Shown: piece after piece, positions 8,959-16,174 of the stretch
Layout: the number at the start of each line of letters is the position of its first letter
How positions within the stretch are numbered: the stretch's first letter is position 1
NCBI GenBank assembly: GCA_037130845.1
Contig: JBAXSE010000013.1
Location: 1-38,664 of the forward strand
Direction: 5' to 3'
DNA length: 38,664 nt
Source of the DNA: Candidatus Falkowbacteria bacterium
GTDB lineage: Bacteria; Patescibacteriota; Patescibacteriia; Patescibacteriales; Patescibacteriaceae
The notes under the pieces: generated by a model
Told to the model about the DNA's origin: nothing
The model's database searches: none
The model's input: the letters and a program-made list of their open reading frames with translations, nothing else
Program-made: the position numbers and the translations under genes

Positions 8959-9258
8959 GTGGCAAATGATATTTACTACATCGCCGGCATCTTGCTGGCG
9001 CTCAACCTGATCGCCTTCGCGGCGATGATGGTAGACAAGATCAAGTCGGCCAAGACAGGCAAGCGGCGCATTTCCGAAGGCATGCTGTTCTTTATGGCAA
9101 CGCTCTTCGGCAGCGTCGGCGTCTATGCCGGCATGTTCGCCTTCCGCCACAAGACCAGGAAATGGTATTTTTTGATCGGCATTCCGCTCTTGATGATCGA
9201 GAACGCCGCCTTGCTCTATCTGCTTTATTTATTTTTGAGTGGAACGGTTATTTGGTAA
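8959..9258 (+). CDS. DUF1294 family membrane protein
   Basis: Signature VDK.KA..G..RISE..L...A..GG..G...GM..FRHKT.K..F is present (MVDKIKSAKTGKRRISEGMLFF...FRHKTRKWYF). GTG start is tentative. Confidence 0.75.
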   Translation: MANDIYYIAGILLALNLIAFAAMMVDKIKSAKTGKRRISEGMLFFMATLFGSVGVYAGMFAFRHKTRKWYFLIGIPLLMIENAALLYLLYLFLSGTVIW

Positions 9259-9273
9259 TATTCTATGGACTAG

Positions 9274-9301
9274 AGGCGCCCAAGCAAAGGCGTCTTTTTT
9301 G
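9274..9301 (+). terminator. Rho-independent terminator
   Basis: Stem aggcgcc (9274-9280) / ggcgtct (9289-9295) with one G-U pair, followed by tttttt. Confidence 0.5.
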
Positions 9302-9432
9302 TTAAACTTAGGCTTTTTTAGCCAAGGTGGAACATTTGACAAAGCGCCGATATAATACTATTTTAAGCATGTTCTTTGAAAAATAAATATAATTAAGAAA
9401 ACATAAATTTAAGATAAATTTTGGAGGTAGTC

Positions 9433-9876
9433 ATGTATTACGTATTCGTCGGAGTGGTGGTTGTATCCGGTGTATTCTACCACATATCACAAAAAGAAGT
9501 GCCCAAGTCGGTTAACCCGATGGCGTCGTTGGCCTTTAGCTATATCATAGCTTTGATTGGTTCTATAATTCTTTTGCCGGTTGTCTCCAGATTATCAGAA
9601 GCAAGTAAGTCTTTGAATCTGGACAAATTGACGCAGGCGGTAAATTGGCCCAGTTTCTTTGTCGGGGTCACGATAATCGGTATAGAAATCGGCGTAATGA
9701 TGGCCTATCGTTATGGCGGTAAGATGAATAATACGTCGTTGATTATTTATTCGACGATTGCGGCTGTTTTGTTTTTGGTAGGAGTCTATCATTATAATGA
9801 AACAATCTCCTGGCAAAAATTATTTGGCGCAGTATTATGTTTTGTCGGCCTCGTAGTAATGGCGTTAAGTAAATAA
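9433..9876 (+). CDS. Small polytopic membrane protein, EamA/DMT-like half transporter (tentative)
   Basis: ATG9433 lies 5 nt after GGAGG (9423-9427). 147 aa with 4-5 hydrophobic helices. Family assignment is by general resemblance only. Confidence 0.5.
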   Translation: MYYVFVGVVVVSGVFYHISQKEVPKSVNPMASLAFSYIIALIGSIILLPVVSRLSEASKSLNLDKLTQAVNWPSFFVGVTIIGIEIGVMMAYRYGGKMNNTSLIIYSTIAAVLFLVGVYHYNETISWQKLFGAVLCFVGLVVMALSK

Positions 9877-9898
9877 AGATCACGTTCAAATAATGTTT

Positions 9899-9930
9899 AG
9901 CCCCTAGAAATAGGGGCTTTATTTTATTTT
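9899..9930 (+). terminator. Rho-independent terminator
   Basis: Stem agcccct (9899-9905) / aggggct (9912-9918), 6-nt loop, then tttatttta. Confidence 0.6.
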
Positions 9931-9968
9931 GGCTTATGTTAGCCAAATTCAGAGAGAGCCAACCTCGA

Positions 9969-9997
9969 TTGACAAAAGGCCCGGAAAGTCCTAGATT
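9969..9997 (+). promoter_or_regulatory. Sigma70-type promoter upstream of hisS
   Basis: TTGACA (9969-9974), 17-nt spacer, TAGATT (9992-9997). Confidence 0.5.
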
Positions 9998-10083
9998 AAA
10001 GAGTTAAATGCACCTTAACAACAAAAAATCCTTAACCATAAATAAAATATTGGCAATTTGTATAACTATTTCGGAGATTAATA

Positions 10084-11499
10084 ATGGCAGAAGGCAACAA
10101 AGCCAAGGGCATAGTCAAACCTGAGCGTCCGGGAGGATTCCTGGATTTTTTACCGGCCGATTATCTGGCGCGGGAAAGAATCTTTGGCATCATAGCAAAA
10201 GTTTTCCGGTCTTATGGCTACGATCCGATCGAAACACCGATGGTGGAATTTGCAAAATCCCTTGTCGGCGAAGACGAAACATCGAAAAATATATTCTATA
10301 TTTCCAACAAGAATAAGAATATGACGCAAGAAGGGCAGTTGGGTTTGCGTTTTGACCACACTGTACCCTTTGCCAGATTGTTAGCGGCTAATCCATACAA
10401 CGCCGACACTAAAGAAGGCATTAAACTGCCTTGGCGCCGTATGGTGGTTGGTCCGGTGTTCAGGGGCGAAAGTCCGCAGAAAGGGCGTTACCGCCAGTTC
10501 TATCAATTCGATGTCGATATAGTCGGAGTTTCTTCCATGATGGCAGATGCTGAGATTGTGGCTATAATCTATGAAACTCTGACAGCTTTAGGGCTTGATG
10601 ATTTTGTAATCAAGATTAATAATCGCAAGTTATTAAATGGCTTGGCGGAATTATTGGATGTCCACGATAGGGCGGAAGTAAATCGAGATGATATTACCAA
10701 GGCTATTTTTAGAATCTTGGATAAATTGGATAAAATCGGCCTGGATCAGGTATTGTTTGAATTAACGCAAGAGCCTGACAGCATCTTCGATCCGGCGCCT
10801 AATTTATCGTCAGAGGCTGGAGAAAAGATCAAATCTTTTATTAATATCGATGGTGACAACTACGAGAAATTAATAAAAGCTAAAACAGTCTTTGCGGGTC
10901 TAAGTATCGCCGAAGACGGCATAAAGGAATTAGAGCAGATCTTAGGATTTACAGCTGATCTCGGCGTTCCGAGCGATAAGGTGTTAGTTGACTTTGGCGT
11001 TGCTCGCGGGCTGGATTATTATACCGGTCCGGTGATGGAGACAAGTTTGCTGACTGCGCCGGAATTCGGCAGTGTTTTCTCGGGAGGCCGTTACAACAAT
11101 CTGATGGAACGTTTTACAGGACAAGAATTGCCCGCGGTCGGCGCGTCTATCGGAGTCGATAGATTATTTGCCGCCTTAAGGCAGCTTGGTTTGTTGGACG
11201 TTAGTCGGGCTACCATTACCGATGTTTTGGTAATGCGCATTGCGGACAATCTTGATAGTGAATATCTGGAAATCGCCAAGATAATCAGGCGCTGTGGCCT
11301 GAATACGGAGGTTTCTATGCTTGAAGACAGGACTTTTAAGGCTCAATTCAATTTTGCGTTGGGTCGTGGCGTTAAATACGCCATTATTTACGGAGAAAAT
11401 GAATCAATCAAGCGCACAATCCAGATTAAGAATCTAAGCACTCGAAAACAGACAGAAATTAATTTTTCCGATTTGGAAATATATTTTAATAATATTTAA
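10084..11499 (+). CDS. hisS: Histidyl-tRNA synthetase (class II), of the LRFD.TVPFAR / FYQFDVD sequence type
   Basis: Motifs YDPIETPMVEF, LRFDHTVPFARLLA, GPVFRGESPQKGRYRQFYQFDVDIVG (motif 2), GLDYYTG, GGRYNNL, VGASIGVDRL (motif 3). C-terminal anticodon-binding-like domain (DVLVM...YAIIYGENE). SD GGAG lies 9 nt upstream. Confidence 0.9.
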   Translation: MAEGNKAKGIVKPERPGGFLDFLPADYLARERIFGIIAKVFRSYGYDPIETPMVEFAKSLVGEDETSKNIFYISNKNKNMTQEGQLGLRFDHTVPFARLLAANPYNADTKEGIKLPWRRMVVGPVFRGESPQKGRYRQFYQFDVDIVGVSSMMADAEIVAIIYETLTALGLDDFVIKINNRKLLNGLAELLDVHDRAEVNRDDITKAIFRILDKLDKIGLDQVLFELTQEPDSIFDPAPNLSSEAGEKIKSFINIDGDNYEKLIKAKTVFAGLSIAEDGIKELEQILGFTADLGVPSDKVLVDFGVARGLDYYTGPVMETSLLTAPEFGSVFSGGRYNNLMERFTGQELPAVGASIGVDRLFAALRQLGLLDVSRATITDVLVMRIADNLDSEYLEIAKIIRRCGLNTEVSMLEDRTFKAQFNFALGRGVKYAIIYGENESIKRTIQIKNLSTRKQTEINFSDLEIYFNNI

Positions 11500-11513
11500 T
11501 TTAGGAGTCAGAC

Positions 11514-13169
11514 ATGGAAAGGACTATTAGTCTAGATGGTCGCACTTTAACGCTGCAAGACGTTGTCTTGATAGCTCGCGGCTATCGCGGCCAAGACGGA
11601 CATCAACATTATCCATATGTTGAGTTATCCGAACAAGCACAAGCAGATATTGGCAGTTTTCGCCACGGCCTTGATCTTCGGATCGCGGCTGGCGATATTA
11701 TCTACGGTGTCAATACCGGTTGCGGTGTCAAGAAAGGCACTATCATTGATCAGAAAGAGATCGATGCCTATCAGGCTCATTATATTCCGGCGCATTGTGT
11801 CGGTTATGGCGAACCTTTTGATGAAGAAATTGTCAGAGCCGCTCTTGTTTTGCGGGTCAACTCTTTCGCCTTGGGAAATTCCGGAATCAGGCTGGAAACC
11901 TGCAATAAATTGTTGGAAATCTACAACAAGGGCGTGATTCCCTTTGTACCCGAACAGGGTTCGGTGGGCTCCAGCGGTGATTTGTGCCCGTTGGCTCATG
12001 TTGCGGCAGTCATTACTGGCGTCGAAGGACAACAAGCATTCTACCACGGCAAATTGATGCAAGCGGCAGAAGCTTTGTCGCTTGCCGGCATCGATCCGAT
12101 AGTATTAAAAGCCAAAGAAGCGATGGGCTTGACTAACGGCGCAACCTTAACTTTAGCCATGGGCTTGCTTGCTATTCATGATAGCAAAAAATTAATAGCG
12201 TATTCCCATATGGCGGCAGCATTGTCGCTTGAGGCGATCCGCGGTGAAAAAAACGCCTTTGACCCCAGAATCCACGAGGCCAGAAAGAACCAGCATAGCG
12301 CCAGAGTAGCGAAAATCATTCGTGACCTGACCAGCGGTTCAGACCGCATGACTACGTCAGCTAGAGATGTCTGTTTGACGGATGAGAAGAAATCGAAGAA
12401 ATATCAGGACGATGCTAAATCAAGGCCGACTCCTCGGGTCCAGGATGCCTATTCTTTCCGCGCCTATGCCCAGGTGGCAGGACCGGTGGTTAAAGCATTC
12501 GAGTATGCCGAAGAAGTCTTTTTGTCGGAAATGAATGCAGCTACAGATAATCCATTGATCTTTAAGAGCGGATTCGGGGAGAATGAAAGGTTTGAAGCGA
12601 TATCCGGTGGCAATTTTCATGGCGAACCGTTGGGTCAAGCAGCTGATTTTCTTAAGATTGCCATCCAGCAGTTGGCCAACATTTCCGATCGGCGTTTCTA
12701 TGCCTTGACGATGTCCACGACCAGCTATGGCTTGCCGGATGATTTGGCTGGAGCAATTAATCGCGATCTGAATACGGGATTAATGATCCTCCAATACACG
12801 ACAGCTGCTTTGGTATCAGAGAATAAAGCATTATGTTATCCTTCGGTTATCGATTCTATTCCGACTTCTGCAAACCAAGAAGATTATGTCAGTATGTCAA
12901 CTATCGGCGCGCGTAATCTGCGCAAGGTGATAAAAAATACTTATGGCGTTATCGGTGCCGAATTATTGGCTGCTGCCCAGGGCATATCACTGACCGAAGA
13001 CCAGCTAAGGCCGCTCGAGCTTGATGGCTTGGGAAGAGAAACTACCTTTGTTTATAAGAAGGTCCGCCAGGTAGTCGCCGCAATGTATGAAGATCGTTAT
13101 ATCCACAAAGATTTCAAGGCTTTGGTCGATTTCATGATAAAGTCTGATCCTCAGGATTTCTTACCATAG
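11514..13169 (+). CDS. hutH: Histidine ammonia-lyase-like MIO enzyme (aromatic amino acid lyase family)
   Basis: Collinear with HAL: YGVNTGCG, GSVGSSGDLCPLAH (MIO loop), LTNG, DPRIHEAR, QDAYSFR, TDNPL, SGGNFHGEP, TAALVSENK, PTSANQEDYVSM. AGGAG lies 6 nt before the ATG, which is only 14 nt after the hisS stop. Confidence 0.85.
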   Translation: MERTISLDGRTLTLQDVVLIARGYRGQDGHQHYPYVELSEQAQADIGSFRHGLDLRIAAGDIIYGVNTGCGVKKGTIIDQKEIDAYQAHYIPAHCVGYGEPFDEEIVRAALVLRVNSFALGNSGIRLETCNKLLEIYNKGVIPFVPEQGSVGSSGDLCPLAHVAAVITGVEGQQAFYHGKLMQAAEALSLAGIDPIVLKAKEAMGLTNGATLTLAMGLLAIHDSKKLIAYSHMAAALSLEAIRGEKNAFDPRIHEARKNQHSARVAKIIRDLTSGSDRMTTSARDVCLTDEKKSKKYQDDAKSRPTPRVQDAYSFRAYAQVAGPVVKAFEYAEEVFLSEMNAATDNPLIFKSGFGENERFEAISGGNFHGEPLGQAADFLKIAIQQLANISDRRFYALTMSTTSYGLPDDLAGAINRDLNTGLMILQYTTAALVSENKALCYPSVIDSIPTSANQEDYVSMSTIGARNLRKVIKNTYGVIGAELLAAAQGISLTEDQLRPLELDGLGRETTFVYKKVRQVVAAMYEDRYIHKDFKALVDFMIKSDPQDFLP

Positions 13170-13186
13170 TTCTGTATAGCTATCTT

Positions 13187-13218
13187 GCCGACCTTCGGAC
13201 CTGGGTCGGCTTTTTTTT
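13187..13218 (+). terminator. Rho-independent terminator after the hisS/HAL-like operon
   Basis: Stem gccgacc (13187-13193) / ggtcggc (13204-13210), followed by tttttttt. Confidence 0.7.
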
Positions 13219-13251
13219 GGCTATTCGTAGTAAAATTGGATTGGCTGGCAT

Positions 13252-13279
13252 TTGACAAAACTAGGAATCATGCTAGAAT
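13252..13279 (+). promoter_or_regulatory. Sigma70-type promoter for the GNAT/tRNA-His unit
   Basis: TTGACA (13252-13257), 16-nt spacer, TAGAAT (13274-13279). Confidence 0.5.
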
Positions 13280-13326
13280 ATTGAACAAAATAAAAATATC
13301 AGTTCATTAATAAAAAGGGTTAAAAG

Positions 13327-13995
13327 ATGCAAAAAAATACCTGCACTTATAGGAAAATAAATAACCTTGATAATGCCGCAGAAGCTGAAAAGTTAGCGCG
13401 TTGCTATCAGGAGGTTTTTGCCGGTTATCCTTGGAATGAATACAAGAAATGCCCTGATTGCGGGGTGAGGTGGGGCAAAGAAGATGCGCCGGAAGATGGA
13501 CGTTGTTCAAAATGTGATGCTACTCCCGTTCTTGTTGATTTCTGGGCGAAGGAGGATGTTATAAATGATTTCCAAAAACAATTACAAAGCTCCAGCGGCG
13601 TGTTGTGTGTTGCGGTTAATTCCAGAGACGAGATTACGGGTTTCTGTTCCGGTTACGAAACTACTCCCGAAGAATTGGAAAAGCATTTGCAGCTTCCTGA
13701 ATTGGCCAAATGGTTGCGTTGTTATTTTCCCAATGGTGTTAGATTCGGTTATCAAGATGAGATCGGCGTTCTCGATTCGTATCGAGGGCAGAAGATTGCT
13801 ACCGAACTTTTCAAGAAAAGAATGGAAGATTTTAAGGCAAGTGGTTTGGATATAGCTGTATTAAGAACCAAGACTATGCCTCCGACCATAACCTTTAAAT
13901 GGTACCCTCGATTGGGTTATAGTGTCATCCAATGTTATCATGATGATGATTGCCGTGTAATTATGGCGACAGAAATCAAGAGTATTCAGTTGTAG
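13327..13995 (+). CDS. GNAT-family N-acyltransferase with an inserted CxxC...CxxC zinc ribbon
   Basis: GNAT core YQDEIGVLDSYRGQKIATELFKKRMEDFKASGLDIAVLRT (acetyl-CoA motif-A-like R-G-Q-x-I-A) plus ...RLGYSVI. Zn ribbon CPDCG-x15-CSKC at aa 42-63. Confidence 0.7.
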   Translation: MQKNTCTYRKINNLDNAAEAEKLARCYQEVFAGYPWNEYKKCPDCGVRWGKEDAPEDGRCSKCDATPVLVDFWAKEDVINDFQKQLQSSSGVLCVAVNSRDEITGFCSGYETTPEELEKHLQLPELAKWLRCYFPNGVRFGYQDEIGVLDSYRGQKIATELFKKRMEDFKASGLDIAVLRTKTMPPTITFKWYPRLGYSVIQCYHDDDCRVIMATEIKSIQL

Positions 13996-14019
13996 AACAG
14001 TTGAGCTTTACATGCCGAT

Positions 14020-14094
14020 GGACGCGTAGCTCAGTTGGCCCAGAGCAATGGATTGTGGCTCCATTTGTCACGGGTTCGATTCCCGTCGCGTCCA
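14020..14094 (+). tRNA. tRNA-His (anticodon GUG), discriminator A73, no genomically encoded G-1, no encoded CCA
   Basis: Hand-folded cloverleaf. Acceptor GGACGCG (14020-26) pairs with CGCGTCC (14087-93). U8A9. D arm GCTC/AGTTGGCCCA/GAGC. Anticodon arm ATGGA / TT-GTG-GC / TCCAT with GTG at 14055-57. 5-nt variable loop. T arm ACGGG/TTCGATT/CCCGT. Position -1 is T14019 and position 73 is A14094. Confidence 0.9.
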
Positions 14095-14098
14095 CGAA

Positions 14099-14126
14099 CG
14101 GCAATTATAATGATTGCCGTTTTTTA
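14099..14126 (+). terminator. Rho-independent terminator directly after tRNA-His
   Basis: Stem cggcaat (14099-14105) / attgccg (14113-14119), followed by ttttttatt. Confidence 0.7.
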
Positions 14127-14162
14127 TTTACAAAAATGTCAGTTTGAGTCAGAATAGGATAT

Positions 14163-14975
14163 ATGAAATATGATGAGACGATAATTAAGATATCGGGCGC
14201 TAAGCCGGGCAAGACGCTGGCTGTTTTTGCCGGTGTCCATGGCAATGAAACCACGGGCATCAAGGCTCTTAAGCAAGTCGTAAAAAACATTAAAATAGAC
14301 GCTGGTACAGTATATTTTGTTTTGGCTAATCCGGAGGCGATTGGAAAGAATGTCAGGCAAGTTGATAAGAATTTAAATCGATGCTTTTTTCTCGGCAATA
14401 AAGGCAGGACGGCAGAGGATAAGCGCGCTAGAGAGCTGATGAAGCTGTTGGATAAATGCGAAGCGTTGTTAGATTTGCATGCCAGTAACAACCCCAATTC
14501 AATACCGTTCATCATCTGTGAAAAACACGCATTTCAAGCTGCCAGCATCTTTGATTTCAAAATTGTATCACATGGCTGGGATGCTTTTGAGCCCGGCGCG
14601 ACTGATGGCTACATGAATACTCAGCGCAAAATAGCCTTGTGTCTGGAGTGCGGTTCTGTACACGATAATAACGAACCATTAGCCGTTAAATCAATTATGC
14701 AGTTTCTTAAATTTTTTGGCGCAATTAAAGATGCAACTGTTAAGTATAATCATAAGAAACAAAAAATGATTAAGATTGTCAAAGCCGGTTATAAGAAATC
14801 GGAGCAGCTTGCCTTTGCCAAAAATTATAATGATTTTGCCAAGTTAAAACCCGGAGAAATATACGCCACGGATGGACCGAATAAATATAAAGCGGGGACG
14901 AACCAATGCATTATCTTTCCAAATATAAATAAAAAAATTGGCGAAGAAATATTCTTGATTGGCAGAACGATGTAA
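14163..14975 (+). CDS. Succinylglutamate desuccinylase/aspartoacylase (AstE/AspA) family zinc deacylase
   Basis: Family signature LAVFAGVHGNETTG (H-x-x-E zinc ligands) and LLDLHAS (third His ligand). Size is typical at 270 aa. Confidence 0.75.
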   Translation: MKYDETIIKISGAKPGKTLAVFAGVHGNETTGIKALKQVVKNIKIDAGTVYFVLANPEAIGKNVRQVDKNLNRCFFLGNKGRTAEDKRARELMKLLDKCEALLDLHASNNPNSIPFIICEKHAFQAASIFDFKIVSHGWDAFEPGATDGYMNTQRKIALCLECGSVHDNNEPLAVKSIMQFLKFFGAIKDATVKYNHKKQKMIKIVKAGYKKSEQLAFAKNYNDFAKLKPGEIYATDGPNKYKAGTNQCIIFPNINKKIGEEIFLIGRTM

Positions 14976-15035
14976 TGATGATTTTGACTGGTGTTATTTT
15001 CTGTGATTTGCTAAGATTGGTTATGGAATTTAATT

Positions 15036-16115
15036 ATGACTATTACAACTTTTAATAAGGCCTTGTTATTGATTGCCGTCTGCTTGTTGCTGGCGGTATT
15101 TTTGCCTTCTGCCCACGCGGTGCATGCGCAGGTCGCCAGTGATAATGTTACGGCTGCCGGCTTTCAGGCCGATTTGGAGCTGGGCGACGAGGGGGCGGAT
15201 GTGTTGGCTTTGCAGAAGCTGCTAATCAAATCGGGGTATCTGAAGATTACCAAGCCGAGCCCTGTCTATGGTTACAAGCCTAACGGCTACTATGGCGAGC
15301 AGACCAAGGCGGCTGTGGCTAAGTGGCAGAAGTCCAAGGGCATTAAGGCCTCTGGCGTCTTTGGCCCTATTTCGCGCGCCAAGGCTAACCTGGGCTATCT
15401 GGCGATTGCCAATAGGGAAACCGCGGCTACTTCCAGCGGCACCAGCACACCCGCAGTCAGCAACGGCCGCCTTATAGCGGCTAATACTTGCACTGCTTGG
15501 ACATACACCGATTGGTCGGCGTGTTCGTCCTGGGGCAACCAGACGCGCAGTATTGTCTTTGCTTATCCGTCCGGTTGCGCAGGCGGCGCCTTTGTGTTGG
15601 CGCAGGCTTGCGGTGCTAATGCGACTTCTACCGCTACTTCAACCGCGGAGACTGTTGTTGTAAGCGCGCAGCCTTCGATCGGCACTTTTCATCCTAGCCA
15701 GCAAAGTTTAACCTTGGATGATCGCTTGTTAAGCGTTGCTTTTTCCGAAAATGGGCTCAAGGTCGGTTTGACCTGCAAGCCTTGGGTCAGCAAGGTAGTG
15801 GCTGTGGCTACCGACCAGACTCTTGCCTTGCCCACGACCAGTGATAATAATTATACTTGGAAAAACAATGCCAATGGCCGAGTACAGACCAGGGATCACT
15901 CTATACAGAACACCGGCCGCGGTGACATTATCCAGATGAACATGCTGAAGAATGATCTGCCGCATACGGCGATTGTAGTGTCTGCTACACCTGCAGGCAT
16001 GGTTTGGATCCATAGCAATTGGCAGACCAAGAAGACTGTCAGCGTCGACTTTATCACCTATGCATATTTTAATGCCACCTTCGGTCCGGATTATTCCGTC
16101 TATCATCTCCAGTAG
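15036..16115 (+). CDS. Secreted protein with a peptidoglycan-binding (PG_binding_1-like) domain and a C-terminal CHAP/amidase-like domain
   Basis: Signal peptide ...LPSAHAVHA|Q. PG-binding repeat GDEGADVLALQKLLIKSGYL...YGEQTKAAVAKWQKSKGIKASG. C-terminal candidate Cys (LTCKPWVSKV) and His (GDIIQM...LPHTAIVV) are spaced as in CHAP domains. Confidence 0.55.
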   Translation: MTITTFNKALLLIAVCLLLAVFLPSAHAVHAQVASDNVTAAGFQADLELGDEGADVLALQKLLIKSGYLKITKPSPVYGYKPNGYYGEQTKAAVAKWQKSKGIKASGVFGPISRAKANLGYLAIANRETAATSSGTSTPAVSNGRLIAANTCTAWTYTDWSACSSWGNQTRSIVFAYPSGCAGGAFVLAQACGANATSTATSTAETVVVSAQPSIGTFHPSQQSLTLDDRLLSVAFSENGLKVGLTCKPWVSKVVAVATDQTLALPTTSDNNYTWKNNANGRVQTRDHSIQNTGRGDIIQMNMLKNDLPHTAIVVSATPAGMVWIHSNWQTKKTVSVDFITYAYFNATFGPDYSVYHLQ

Positions 16116-16138
16116 TCTCTGTAAATCTTAAGGGTATG

Positions 16139-16167
16139 AAAAAACTGACCGCTTGAGGGTCAGTTTT
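16139..16167. terminator. Bidirectional terminator between convergent genes
   Basis: Stem ctgacc (16145-50) / ggtcag (16158-63), flanked by an A-run upstream and a T-run downstream. Confidence 0.6.
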
Positions 16168-16174
16168 ATTAATT

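Noticed and set aside
14105-14515. 136-aa and 73-aa minus-strand ORFs overlapping the AstE/AspA gene and the tRNA terminator
   Set aside because: The plus strand has the HGNE...DLH zinc-ligand signature. The minus ORFs would run into the tRNA-His terminator and lack start signals.
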